Below, piece by piece: positions 28,001 through 41,749 of a stretch of 64,000 bases of DNA. The notes under the pieces are model-generated. The model did not search any database and was not told where the DNA came from. It was given only the letters and a program-made list of their open reading frames with translations. Within the stretch, counting starts at the first letter, position 1. Every line of letters starts with the position of its first letter. Position numbers and translations under genes: made by a program. The stretch is from Phoronis australis. Its lineage: Eukaryota; Animalia; Phoronida. The DNA is taken from positions 1,140,555 through 1,204,554 of the forward strand of contig NMRA01000065.1 in assembly GCA_002633005.1 (NCBI GenBank), read 5' to 3'.

Positions 28001-31000
28001 CTTTTTTCATTAGTAAACAGCCCCATAAAGATGCGAACGATTTACTCTCAACAAGTTTATGGCATAACGATGAAATACTAATAGACAGAAAATCTATCTT
28101 CTTTAGCAAGTATGCTAGTGGTGGTGTTCTTTTTATTAATGACCTACTTGATGAAAATAATAGATTTTACTCATTTACTGAATTCAAAAAGATCTCGAAC
28201 ATATCTACAAACTTTTTGGAATATTGTTCTCTGATTGAGTCTGTTAGGTCGTTTCTGAGGAGAACACCATTACAAATGCAGTTAATTAAGATATATGGAC
28301 CAATAATACCTTTTAATATCCGTAATTTTTTAAACTGCACATCAATATGTAAAATGATATATGAAAGTGTCTGCCACAACAACATTTTGCCTATTGCCCA
28401 AAAAAAATTTCAAAAGGAAGGTTATAACTTTCGAAGTGATGACTGGAAAAAATTATATTCAATGTCTTTTAAAACTACCTATGATTTCAAGTTATGTACA
28501 CTGCAGTTTAAACTATTACATAGAATACTTGTAACCAACTCTTTTCTTAGAAAAATTAACCTGGTGGACTCTGATGTATGTACTTTCTGTCATTCACAAA
28601 GTGAAACAGTGGATCACATCTTTTTCGAATGCAATAATGTAAAAACATTGATAGGAGAATTACGCATTTGGGTGTTGTTGGTAAAAGGTATAAATATGGT
28701 TATTGACAAAAAAACAATGTTTTTTGGGATGCCCATAAGTAATGAAAATAAAGTTTTAAATTGGATACTTTTGCAATTAAAACATTTTATTTACCTATCC
28801 AGGTGTAAAAAAGTAATCCCCAGTTTCTGTCAGTTCCTTAAGATATTAGAAAGAGAATTTTATATTCAAAGAAGGATTTTATTAAATAATGGTAATTTAG
28901 ATGAATACCATGCAACCTGGAGAAACTGGTTAACCATAACTTTTGCCTGACAACATCCTACTGAGAGNNNNNNAAAAAAAAAAAAAAAAAAAAAAAAAAA
29001 TAATTATTTTGGATCATGCCTATTATAACTGAGCGTAAAAATGGTGAATGCGTTTACATTAGTGTTTGGGTAAACAGTCACCCCTGACTGATATCTAAAG
29101 ACAAGAACATGCATTGTATTATTTTAATTACCAGAAAGAAAAGTAATGATTCTATTATACAGCAAAACTGAAAGAATAATTAAAACTGGAAGATGTTTTA
29201 AAATATCACAATTATTCTGGATCATATCCACCCTCTTCTGGTTTTCTGTAGCATGAATTCTAAGTTCAAGCAAGAAAACAAATGTCTCATTCAGTAACTC
29301 ATCACCGATCTACCATAGGCACCATTGAGAGATTACCCCTTGGAACTCCATACTGCCTTACATGAATACTTTTGCTACCCCGTGACTGATTTGCAATCAG
29401 CTATCATGATACAAACTTATACCATTGTACTGGAGCTTCTTGAAAGCTTGCTAAATTCAAAATTTGTTGATATGAATTTGCATTTGCAATAATTTCAGAC
29501 ACATCCGTCATTCCTATGTGTGCAAACAAGACAATGACAGTTAATAAGGGAATGGTGTGGACCAACAATTATCCCAGATTGGCTTATAATTGGCATCAGT
29601 TAAGTAGTGGAAGTCTACAACCACTGTCTGTGTTAGCTGAACATAAATGTCAGTGTGAAATGAAGGTGGAAGATGACAAGATACGGCTGCAGATGGTTGA
29701 AATGGACTTGACAGGCTCCTGCTCTCAGGAACTAGCAATTCAGAGTATGGATGATGGCCAACATAGACGCCAGTATAACTGTACAGCCAAGTATCAGACT
29801 AAGACAGACTTTATGAAAAAAGAAGCCGCAAGCTTCCTCCTAAACCTCAAGAGTGGCCATGAGGGTAGAGGGCGCTTTGCACTGGTGTTTAGAAAAGGTA
29901 AGGTGTTAGAAAAGGGACATTGTTCAAGAAACTTTAGATTAATTTTGACTAATATCTAAAACCAAAAGATGAAGCACACGTTTAACTTTTGCCAAGTCCA
30001 AAAATGACACCTTGAACTATGCGAAACACCTAAGGGATTTTTGCTGACTTAAATTTCCCTTGGAGGTGAACAAGACGTGCAGACTTCAGTCACATGGTAA
30101 GCCATGTGGTAATGACTTCAGTCACATGGTAAGCCATGTGTCAGTGACTTCAGTCACATGGTATGCCATGTGCCAGTGACTTCAGTCACATGGTATGCCA
30201 TCTGGCAGTGATTTCCAAATGAAAAATGATAGGTTTCATCATTGAACTTCGCATATGTGAAGGTAACGTTCACATCGAAATTCAAATTTGAGACTACTAA
30301 AATACCTGAGGTTTGAATGACCTTCACCATGTCCTTATCAACTTTTTTTCATGTATGGAACATTGTTTTCTTCACCATAATTACTCAAAAGTACTTTTAC
30401 TATGAAAAACCACTTTAACATACCATAAGTTGCATCAAAACACTAACACACTATAGACAAGGTAACTTTGCTCCACTCATTTCTTCACAGTGTCTGCCAG
30501 TCTTAACCTTCTCTTGCAGTGTCAAGTGTAGCTGTCTCTTCTAACCCAAAAGTAAAAGTGAAATGTAGGCACTATTCATCACGGCCACCACCACAAATAA
30601 CCCAGACACCAGATGTCACCCAGAATGCTGAAACACAGACATCGTTGTCACCACCATCATCACCACCATTGTCGTCACCATCATCACCACCATTGTCGTC
30701 ACCATCACCATTGCCACCACTACCACCATCATCATCACTACAGCCTTCTACCATCTCCATGATACCAACATCACAACAGTCACAAAGCAATACACTGAGG
30801 ACACCATTACCAACTTCAGCTGTTCCAACAATGGGTGACACAGCACAGCCACAGCAACAGAGTAACTTGGGTAAGTAGAAAGTCTCAAAACAGTTTTCTG
30901 ATCGACAGTATGATGCTTTATATTACATGACTTCAATTTACGTGTTCGCAATAGCACTGACAGAAGTTTTCACATAATTTTGCTGAAAATTTTATTGCAA

Positions 31001-32515
31001 AAATTGCAATTTTTCAAAAAATGGTGTTGAATTTTGCTGTATATAGAAACTACCAAATGTTGTTTTATGACATCTAGACAACATAGCCAAAATATCACAG
31101 ACTAGCTTTTTCTTAACATATATTTTTTAGCAAAATTTTACAAAATCAAATTTCATTTGTCAGACATACTGCCAACTAAATAAATAGGTGAACAAATAAC
31201 CAAATTGCACCAAAATAAAGAATGCTAATAAAACTGATTACCAAAATGTTCAATTTACAATTGCAAGTACTGTGGACAATTATTCAACTACTCTTCATTG
31301 TCTTCTTGTTTCAGTGGTTATTGGTGGAAGTATAGGTGGCGCTGTTGTCGCCATTATCTTGGTTTGTGTGGGAGTATTTATTGTTCTTAGGTAAGAGCCA
31401 ATAAATTAAATTCCACGCTTAAAAACACCCCAACATTTGATATCAGTGACCTTAAAGGAACTTTTAAACAAATAATAGGTCGTAAAAGCTAAGTATTTTT
31501 TGTCGAAATGCTATCAAAAAATGTTTAAGTTAATGACGTTCTATATATTGTTTGAGAATAGCAAACTGGTATCCAATCAAAACATGGCGTTTGCAGGTTA
31601 ATCTGACAGGTGGAGAATTTGAAAAAACAGCGAACATTTCATGAATATGAACCTACTGTACATTAAAATTCCTGTGAGTTGTGATTAAGCACATAGAAAA
31701 ATAAGTGAAGATTTATCATCCACTAGTTGTTAATTAGGAATGACACGTTTTACCTTCATGTATATTCCAAAATCAATAAACTATTTAAACTTCAAAAATA
31801 GAAGATTTTTTGACATTGATCTATATCCTTAATAGACTGAAGACGTTAATCGTATATATCATGCTTAAAATCTCTACGTTGTCCGTTCAGGTGGAGAAAA
31901 TCGTCAAAAGAAAACAGTTTGTTTGACAACATCCCTCCCTCCTACAACAATAAAGGCTATGAGACAGACTTCAGTGAAAACATGTATCAGGATCCGCAAC
32001 TGTCACATGACTACCAGGATCCAAAACTGACACATGACTACCAGGATCCACAACTGACACATGGCTATCAGGATCCACAACTGACACATGACTACCAGGA
32101 TCCACAACTGTCACATGACTACCAGGATCCCACTGTTGGCAGTGATACAGCTACTTATGAAGCTGCGGCTCACAATCACAAAAAAGACAATGTCTATGAT
32201 GAACTGAACAATGGCATGGCGTTTGATAATGCCATCTACCGCGGAGATGAGGCGGGGAGAAAAGAAAACATTTACGACAGCTTGGAAGAGCGGCATGTTT
32301 TGTACGAAAGTCAGCCAAACAATCAGATGGAGTCAAATCCAACCTATCATGAGCTTAATACAGCACAATATGAATCGCACGCAGTCAATAACAATGAACC
32401 GTGTTATTTTGAGTTGCAATCTGATAAGCAAGCAGTTGAACCATCAGCGCCATCTATGGATACAATCAACAGAACTGACCAAGAACCAACATATCTGGAT
32501 TTGGAAAACATTTAA
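25051..32515 (+). CDS. Receptor gene 4, about 609 aa. Exons 25051-25123, 26241-26546, 29499-29897, 30520-30870, 31315-31390, 31891-32515
   Basis: Signal MTRFYISCLSMIGVLYFVTPTETA. 8-Cys lectin exon ends HICVP. CUB-like exon has NYP..KCQCEM..GRFALVFRK. Stalk is Ser/Pro-rich. TM is VVIGGSIGGAVVAIILVCVGVFIVL. Tail has 6x YQDP. Joined length 1830 nt is in frame with canonical splice sites. Confidence 0.88.
27068..27481. mobile_element. Probable PIF/Harbinger-like MITE
   Basis: Imperfect TIRs GGGCCCGGTCTCTA / TAGAGACCAGGCTC with CAG at both ends. Confidence 0.5.
27883..29000 (+). mobile_element. 5'-truncated L1/Tx1-clade LINE: open 3' part of ORF2 with zf-RVT-like motif, followed by an A-run
   Basis: 355-aa ORF with LWHNDEI, GVLFINDLLD, LQFKLLHRILVTN and CTFC..ETVDHIFFEC. 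A-run at about 28973-29000 after a short gap. Lies in gene 4 intron 2. Confidence 0.9.
30082..30212. repeat. Minisatellite, about 4 x 32 bp with internal hairpin
   Basis: GACTTCAGTCACATGGTAWGCCATGTG repeated. Confidence 0.85.
31985..32131 (+). repeat. Coding 27-bp tandem repeat encoding six YQDP motifs (unit YQDPQL[ST]HD)
   Basis: TACCAGGATCCACAACTGWCACATGAC units, in frame within the gene 4 tail. Confidence 0.95.
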
Positions 32516-32624
32516 TCATTGTCTTCGCAGTGTTTTGAGGTTAATACGATATAACAATGACATATTCAAAACTGGATTACTCATTACAGTGTATTTTTAT
32601 ACGTTGGTAATTTTTGGAAACCTG

Positions 32625-32872
32625 GGGCCTGTTTCAATAAAACTGACTTCGCTAAAATCAATCTAAAGTATTAGTAAACTTCAAAATAAAAGTTAAATTG
32701 GTCTCGCGACCGCTCCAAGAAAGAGATCTTAGGTTTGAATTAAGAGTTCGATATAAGTTTTGTATTAATTTTGACAAACTTACCGGAAGTGGAAGTTTCA
32801 AGGTATGGAAGTTAAGCCAAATGTTAGACTTAAATAAAAAATGAACTTAAGTCAGTTTCGTGGAAGGGGCCC
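32625..32872. mobile_element. PIF/Harbinger-like MITE
   Basis: TIRs GGGCCTGTTTCAATAAAACTGACTT / AAGTCAGTTTCGTGGAAGGGGCCC, flanked by CTG and CAG (CWG-type target). Confidence 0.7.
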
Positions 32873-34050
32873 CAGAACTATAAATGTTAGATATCATATG
32901 GTTGCATCAAATTATCTGTAGCAAATATGCATTATTTCATCGTATGAACATTTCTTTCTCATTTCACCTTATGACATCATAAAACGGAGCAAAATAAGCA
33001 CACTACACCACAATTCCTCACTACAAGAAAACTAAATCTGTCAACATCAACATAGATTATTACACAGCATGGTAGTTATGTCCCATACCTAGACCTCTGG
33101 TGAGATTTGGATATTAATAATTTCGTTAAGTTCCATGAGGGAAATATCCACCAAGGGTACGTTAATAATGTATTTATTGCCTCTTTTGAACAAATAAACT
33201 CTACAAAACTCACAAAACAAAAAGAAGACATTCAACCTTTGTGTAGTAGAATAGTAGAATAACTCGACTTAGTAGCAGCGTTTTGTTGTGTTGTGGATTG
33301 TCTCGGTCCGTCAGTAACTAAGTGTGGAACACTCAATTACACTAGTAAAAGCAATTAGCAGTAGCAAGATGAGGACTGTCTTAGACAAGTGAACGGATTT
33401 ATAAACAAGTTACAAATAATAAGTGGGTTGCATGCACTAAACTTTATGATTCAATATTCTACATGAAATAACAGGAAGCAACTCTAAGAATTTCACAACA
33501 ATCATCTGAACTATTCTGTTTTGTTTGCCATATATGGTAATGGTCAGCTGTCCTAAGGCAATGATTCTGCGAATGACCATTACGCAATCTTGTTTACTAC
33601 AGATGGGTCGGTTGCTGACTCAGCTGACAGCCAAAACAAGTTTCTATAAACACAAACAATTTGCTGAGAAAGAAATAATATCAATAATACTATCAAACTA
33701 ACAAACCAAGTAATATTATCATGAATGTCAGGGATTTCATGACACTTTGTTGTGCTTGTGTCAGTCATCTCTATATTACACTGGATCGAAACACACGCGT
33801 GAAACATTTTCTACAGAACATCCTGCCCATCACATTATCCTGCCAAATTATCCGTAATTGTATGTATTGCAAGGGAAGTTATTTACTGTTCAGGTGCTTT
33901 TTTCATTATAAAACATTGTTAAGATAAACAATAGGTGACCTAAATTTATTCAAGAGTCCCTGGCCTTTCATATCTCATAAAGGTGATATCATAAGATAGC
34001 ATGAGAGGCTAATAGCACAGGATCCATAGAGCAGGAAGCAGCCTGCAGAC

Positions 34051-37000
34051 ATGGTCACTATAAACCACCCACTATGGGCAAGTGTAGTTGGGATGATGAT
34101 GATGGATGTCTTCAATACCTGTGCAGGTATCTAACTTTCTGGAGCATTTGTAATATGGCGGACGAGTTAATTTTGTTCTTAACGGAGTTATAAAGCTGCA
34201 TTCCAAGCTGTCCAACTCACAAAAAACAAATTCTTGATTTTGGGCTCTTGCTGCTATACAATTGGCCTTACGTCATTCCCTTTTAAAGAAGAATTAATTT
34301 CTGGGTTTACAAAGACCTGACAATCCATTATTACCTGTGACTATACTCCATGATGTCACATGCCAGCTTGTAGTGTTTTATAGTCTCAATAATGATTCAC
34401 AAACTCTTTCAAAGAACTGAAAGCACCTCTAATTTGTCTAAGGAGTAGTTTGAGACCAATTTCATATCAGTAAGTGGCTAAATCAAAAGTTATTTTTTGA
34501 GATAAAAGGTGAGCTTTACCCACTTTAAGCTAAACACAACCACAGAATTATTGAGGATCACAAATTGCGTAACCATTGTAGTCAAGTGACTTTATTCTAA
34601 CAGAATATTTCAGAAGCACTTTACATATAACCCAGCTTTCACTACAGTACACAGTTGGTAGACACTTGGCAGACTTAATTTTTCATTTTATCTACTGTTA
34701 TGTGCAACGTCAACATTTAAAGCTTACATACTTCATACTAATCATGGTGGACTTTGACAAAGCATTAGTAGCTGATCACCCAGGGGACCAAATAGCCTGT
34801 CTGCTCTCTATCTAACTAATCATAAATTTAACTTTAGAGACAAACACCCTTATTTTTTAAACCATTTATTATTCAAACATTACAGCATTGCAAATTAAAA
34901 ATATCAGCCAGTACATAAACCATAATCACACACCATTTGCCCACATACACTTGACCGTGGTTACAGTGACATGAAATTATACAGTATGTTGAGAAGTGCA
35001 TTCCACATTTTGGTAAGAGAATTTTGATGGAATGGCAAAGTATCTCTCTCTGCGCAGCCCAGGTGGCAGCACCCAGTTCATTTCACCTGACCACTCGCCA
35101 AAAGTTTGCAGAAGTCTATAATTATTGCCAGAACTGTAACCTCATACCAGACTGTGTCCCATAACCAAGTGATCAAATGCCCGTTGACACAATTACAACG
35201 GGACACCTGCACTGCATTCGGTAATGAGCGATTTATTTGTGATATAAAGCTAGTGAGATCACTCCATGTTTCATTTGAATTGTGTGTCGTTACCTCATGA
35301 AACGTGCATAGCAATGGTAAGTTTCAATTGTGAAATAAAATCAAAATAGTTACAGTTAACATTCTCCTTGTAACAACCAATGAACTCGATTCTATCCTCA
35401 ATGTTATCAAGTGAACCCTCCCTAACACCCAATCAAACAAGCAAAACGAAATGTAGGTTTCCCCAGTCCAAAACCTAAGGCCTCTCTGAGAGAACTGTCT
35501 TTTTCTCGCAGCTTAATAAGTTCTGCTTGAACTCAATGGCCTGCAACTTTGGGCCGCTAACTGACACACTTTAGGTTTTAAGAATAATTAATTTCGTCTG
35601 TATAAAAATCAAGTAGAAATACATTTGAGAGTAAGTAAAATATTCTAAATCCATCAATCCCAAAACTGCTTTATAAATTTGCTACTGTCAAAAAGTTAAC
35701 TTTGATTTAGAGCATTTACCATGACTTTAAAACCTGCCATGGCCTAAACTTATTACATAGGTTAGATGGATTTCTGGGCTTGAGAAGAACTGACAAGTCA
35801 ATCAGCGCATAAGGCAATACGCAGCACATGAACTGACAGGTCAATCAGTGCTTGAGGCAATACTCAGCACATGAACTGGCAGGTAAATCAGTGCTTGAGG
35901 CAATACTCAGCACATGAAGACCCACCTGGTCAAGCAACTTGCTGAGCGAGCAGTCCTTTCAAGCAATAATGATATTGTCAGTTCTTCTAGAAATCACTTC
36001 TAATGTAATGTGACAACTTTTTCACAGTAAATTGTTACATACAACATTGTTACAAATAAAACATTCACTTCTAAGTGTCTTTGATACTTCTTTATTTAGA
36101 ATCATTTGAAGGCATGGTAGTGAAGAAAGCAATGACATGCTCCAGTGGAAGGATGACTCTACAGTGTTATAGTGAAGAGATTTATGTGTTGTCGTCAGAG
36201 CTTGCATATCAACAGATGCAGGGCACTAGCTGTGCTCCATGGTCCAGTCAGACACAATGCACAATGCCTGCAGGACAGTATCACCAGGAGATAGTATCCA
36301 ACTGTACAACACACCACCAGTGTACAGTCACAGTGGATATACCACAACAGCAGTGTGAAACACACACAATCAACTCAATGATTGTCAACTATAGTTGTTT
36401 TATAGGTATGACTTTCAAGCCTTGTTTATTGTAAGAAGAGGAAAATATCTTTTAATCCAAAATGGATGAACAAAGACCCTTGGTCAACTCAATGATTATC
36501 AACTGAGTCTACTTTCCAGCTACGAATTAAAAACTTTGTAAAGATTAAACCCATTAAAACACCAAATTGGAAAAGGAAGAACATGGAGTTTGATTGGAGA
36601 ACACACCCTGCAAACTAAAAAGAGTGCACATGGCCTGTTCTCTTTCACTGTGCATCAGATATGAGCAGTCCACATGGACAGACTTTAAAGCAATATAATA
36701 CCCATTGTATTAGTAGAAAATTTGAGCTTGTTTATGATTCCTAATCGTATATGGTTTTCATTTCACCGTGGTTTTTAATGAATTTCCACTTCATTTCCAT
36801 GAGTTATTTCACCCCTAATATGAGAAAAGTGATCAAAGCAAAGAGATAGTTCATTAGGTGCTACATCACATTTCTTAACCACCAACTATGAATACTTCTT
36901 ACTGGTTTGGACAGCACCTAGATTTTGGTGGCGACTTGCTAATTTTTTTTTGGAGGCTGCAGGGAACAGAGATGGGAATCAGCTGAGTGATAACCGCTGC

Positions 37001-39937
37001 TAATCATGGCAAAATTCTTTACTGAGAATTTTAGACATTATGTACTACAAAAACTAAATCCGTCTTTGAAAAGTTAATTTTTTATTGTCATTGACTACAG
37101 CAGAAGAAAGGAGAAAAACAAGCATTAGAACTGCTATTCCTCCGTTGATATGTCTCAAACTTTAGTTTGTACCCTGTCTGAGCAGCGTAATGGAGCGATT
37201 TGACTTTGGTATACCCTTTATCAGAAAATACGGATTTTAAATGGGGGAGCTATCTTTTATTACCTGATGAATGATTTTACTGCAAACTGACTCCTTGAAT
37301 GATAATTTTTTTATGTTTTATAGTCCACTCTTTTTTCATGCATGGAAATATTTTCGACATTTTCTAGGCAATTATTGAAACATTAATTGTGGACATAAAG
37401 ATCATATTTCTATATGATGCAAGTCATTTAATACACCATCACAGCCAAACTTAAAAGAACCAAATGTTGCTTTCCAGGGCCACGTCAAAAGTCATTATGC
37501 AATAATGAAGAAAAAGAAATTCTGAAAGAAATATTATTCAGCAGCAACTTCCCATCATATCTGGCCAGCCAGTCATCAGGCTACACATGTCAATGTACAC
37601 TGACTGCCAACAGGGACATCATCAGTTTGTCTGCCATTGAGCATGAGATACAAGTAAATACACTGTAATAATAATCCAAAAAACGTACACTCAATCATGA
37701 ACCACGGACCATAAATCGTCATAAATATTTTAGTGGTAAATTCAAAATTGAAGTAAATACACTGCTGTAGCTTTAAAACAGTCATGTTCAATACTTAGTT
37801 TGAAACTTCATTACCGGAACTGTATAACTAAATTTTGTATTACAGGGAGCCGTCAAAAGCCATTATGCAATGATGAAGAAAAGAAAACTACACGAGAAGT
37901 ATTAGTCAGCAGCAACTACCCATCACATCTGGCCAGCCAGTCATCAGGCTACACATGTCAATGTACACTGAGTGCCAACAGGGGCATCATCAGTTTGTCT
38001 GCCATTGAGATACAGCTGACAGATGGTCAAACACTACAAGTAGCAACACACAGTGGTCAACAGGTGTATGACAGCTCCAACATCACACTCAAACATAACA
38101 TTGTACAACAACAATCACAAGTCAACATCACTTTCACAACTACTGGCGATCATAGTGGTGGAAGATTTGCTCTGGCATTTAGTGGTAAGATTGAATGATA
38201 AATTTCTGGATTACTACGTAGACCCGGCGATGCCTAAAATCTTCGTTTATTGTCTTTACTTAATAAAATTCATGAACTTTAACAAAGTAGGGTACTGTCA
38301 AGATCACTTACGGTATGTGCCATCAAGTTCATTTCTATAAAGTGGGTACACTGAAATTAAAAAGTTTGAAGATTCTGAAAGACAGCGGTGAGTTTATGGA
38401 CCAAATCGGAGTACTGAATAAGTAGGGAGAATTAACGGGGTGGATTTGACACACAACTGTTGCTATAGGGTAACTATTCCTACCAAAATGGAATTTTAGT
38501 CTGCTGTTCAAGTGTTGTAAGAAACTATTTTCCAACAGCCTCACAGGTTATCACTAGACGGTGCCAAGTGACGACAGTGCCATCCCCAACACAAGTGAAA
38601 AAAACACAGCACAGGTTAACATCTACACCAAAATATGAAACAGAAACAAGTCTGTCAACCAGAACCATTGTGGAGATATTACCAACAAAGAAAGCAACAG
38701 ATGAAAGCCAACCACCAACAGTGGACACATCAACATCTAAACAACAAGGGAAGACAATGAGCAGTGCCTTACAACCAACACCAACTGAAGTGAATGGCGT
38801 CACTAGAGACACCTGTAGTGGAAACAGGAAGAATGAAGAGTCCGGACTACCATGTATGGTCACATAAATATAAAAGTCATGCAGAACTATAAAATTCAGC
38901 AACAAATGACAGTACTCAGTGTGGTATACCAGAATCACTAGAATAATTTTTTTCAAAACCAGTACCACCACACAACCCTGAATTCAGATCTTACTGAAGC
39001 ATATTATGCAAAAAAATCAAAAATAAAGCCATTATTCATACAACGTTTTCTCCAGAAATACTTTAACACAGCAATATGCCTGCTTTCCAGATATCATCCA
39101 TGGCTGCATTTCCTTAGGTCTGGCCATCTTTATTGTGGTGTTTGTGATGGTGCTGCTGAGAAGGTAAGCCCTCTATTAATGTACCATGCATTTGAACATT
39201 ATAAAACTTAACAAAGCTTCACCCTATGTGTGTTTTTGCGCTATGTAATGATGTTATGTACCATGTCAGTCTCTGATAGCCTCAATACTTTTTCAAGACA
39301 GTGTTTGTGCTCGTGATGCTGAGAAGGTAAACCCCCATGTATGTGCCATGCAAGTGAACATTATAGAACTTGACAAAGCTTCGGCATCTGTGTGTTTTTG
39401 CTGTATGTTATGCAACATGTCAATCTGTACTAGCCTCAATACTTTTCCAGGAGAAGAACTGGATGCTGTAGCACAAACCCATCATTCGATCACCAAGGTA
39501 CTCGTACATCAGACGTTGTGCTACCACAGTTGAACCACGAGACCAGTCATGAGTTATGTTATGTCAACACAAAAGGTCTTCAAGATCATAATGCCCACAC
39601 GCAGGAAAGGCGTACAAATGAAAACGGACATGTGTATGAGGAAATGTGTGCAGGCGAATACCACACTAGATCAGATACAGCAACAGCAAACATTCTGGAA
39701 CAAAAAATAGTCGGCAGCTTTGTTGGTCCTAAACAATCTACCAAACTTGAAAGCAAAGAATCACTGGAACTGCATGATATCTATTCCCAATACATTGACA
39801 TGAAAGTCGAAGACTGTGCTAATGGTGAAAAAAGTATGTATCAAAATGGATACCATGGTTCAGAAACTGACATTGGAGGTTATATCCACCCTCACTGTGC
39901 TAATGACAGCAGTGGGCCTGAATATAAAGGCCTATAG
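34051..39937 (+). CDS. Receptor gene 5, about 531 aa. Exons 34051-34126, 36100-36405, 37846-38184, 38539-38853, 39091-39163, 39451-39937
   Basis: Weakly hydrophobic signal MVTINHPLWASVVGMMMMDVFNTCA. 8-Cys lectin-like exon. CUB-like exon has NYP..TCQCTL..GRFALAFS. TM is IIHGCISLGLAIFIVVFVMVLL. Tail has YVNT, YEEM, YIDM, YKGL*. Joined length 1596 nt is in frame. Confidence 0.82.
35788..35917. repeat. Minisatellite, 3 x about 43 bp
   Basis: AACTGACAGGTCAATCAGTGCTTGAGGCAATACTCAGCACATG repeated. Confidence 0.85.
37478..37651 (+). pseudogene. Truncated duplicate of the gene 5 CUB-like exon (5' half)
   Basis: Has its own acceptor tttccag, then GPRQKSLCNNEEKEILKEILFSSNFPSYLASQSSGYTCQCTLTANRDIISLSAIE, a close copy of 37846-38010. 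It breaks off with no phase-1 donor. Confidence 0.75.
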
Positions 39938-40496
39938 AAACAAGTTGACAGAGCAACTGGAACTGAAATAATTTAAGGTTATATAGGACCTTAGAAAAAT
40001 GTCCAAATCAAAGAAAATTTGGAACTTCATATCTCAGAAATGGCGGATTGTTATGAAGCATTCGGATACCATGCTATATGCACTGTTGTCCAAAACTGTG
40101 TTAGGAATCATTTCTAATCCAAGTTAGCATCAAGGGCTATCAAACATTAAAATTTCTAAGAAAAATTCAGATGTTGCATCAACTAAAAACGAAATAACAC
40201 TTTAGAGAACCTGCAACATTGTTTTTGAGATTCCATCGTCATAGTCATAGCTGTCCCTCCTTTTAGTCACTCCCATGTATATACCATAAAAAAGTTTATT
40301 CATTTATTTATTTATTTTTAATTCATTCTGTAAATCCAATTTGAAGATACTGTTTAGTTTATTGTATCTTAATTTAATCTGGTTATCTATCTTAATTTTT
40401 TTAATTTAATTTTTGCTGCAGAGGACCATGCTGTATATTAGCCTTTGGCTAAAGCATGTTTTATATCTATTGTATTTTATCCTCTATAAATAAAGT

Positions 40497-41749
40497 TTAT
40501 TATTACTCTGCGCGTGTAAGCGCAGAGTACTGTTGTTCCTGGGTTTTCTTCAATTTTATTCTTATTCTTCTTCTTATTCTTCTTCTGACCAACTTTGAGG
40601 CTTAATAACTCCAAATTGGGTGCAGGTACGGTCTTTAAATTCAGCATATGACTTTTGACAGTATATAAATTTTGATTGCTTGTATAATCATATTCCATAT
40701 TGCACCGGAAAAGGTCGTTTGGTGCAAAGGTCATATAATTTTCAAAATGCTACTCCTCCTTCAGTTTTAAAGCTATCTTTTTCAAATTCGGTGCACAGGT
40801 AAAAGTCAATATGACAAATTAAAAAATTACTTTTCTAAGTAATCGGGTCATCCAATCAGGTGAAACAGGTCAAAGGTCATTAGGTGCAAACTAAAATTTT
40901 GAGCTAGACACTTCAAATTGACAGGTCTGATTGCCACAGGTAAATCAAATCGGAATCCAAAGTTTCAGGTCATTTAGTGCAAACATGGGGTCATTAGGTG
41001 CATTTTTCTTCTGAAAATTTGACCTTTTCAATGAGCAAGTATTCTGATGTGTCAACCGTTAGACAACTGTGATTCTCAGCGTTAAACACATTTTCCATGG
41101 GCTTTGCAATAATTCTCCCAAAGATGCTTAAAATGCACCGGATAAGGTCAATTAGTGCAAAGGTCGTGTAACGTTCAAAATGTTATATCTCTTACGTTTT
41201 TCAAGGATTTCTTTTCAATGTCAGCACACTGGTGTAAGTCAACATGCCAATTGAATACCCTACTTCACTTCACAATAGGCCTAACCAATCAGAAAAATTA
41301 GGTCAAAGGTCATTGAGTGCAAACTAAAATTTTGAGCTAGAGACTTCAAAATTACAGATCTTTTTACTAAGTGCGATTGAGTTTGAATTCTAAATTTTTA
41401 GGTCATTTGGTGCACACATGGGGTCATTAGGTGCATTTTTCTTCTGAAAGTGACCACTTCATTCATCTTGTATTCTGAAGTGCTTAAAGTAAAACATCTG
41501 TGATTATTAACATTAACCACACTTTTAATTGAGTTAACAATTACTCCCTCATCGGGGCTCATAATGCACCGGAAGAGGTCATTTAGTGGAAAGGTCATCA
41601 AAAATTAATATGTAATTTCTCCTACAATTTTAAAGAATTCCTTTTCATATTGGTAAACGGGTTGCTGTCAGTAACTTCCCATAATAATTCCAGTAATACG
41701 CACGCGCAGAGTCCGTTATTGTCACGCCGTGACAATAATCTTTCTAGTT
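40497..41749 (+). mobile_element. Non-autonomous Helentron/HINE (DINE-1-like) element carrying a ~432-bp internal tandem repeat
   Basis: 5' subterminal repeat ACTCTGCGCGTG (40505) with local hairpin, then a TTC/TTA microsatellite. Repeat units start TGCACCGGA at about 40701, 41134 and 41565. 3' inverted copy CACGCGCAGAGT (41701), hairpin TTATTGTCAC-GCC-GTGACAATAA, then CTAGTT. Confidence 0.75.

Noticed and set aside
39310-39335. Second TGCTGAGAAG|GTAA donor as a possible alternative TM exon
   Set aside because: Part of a ~165-bp local duplication that lacks the TM-coding body.
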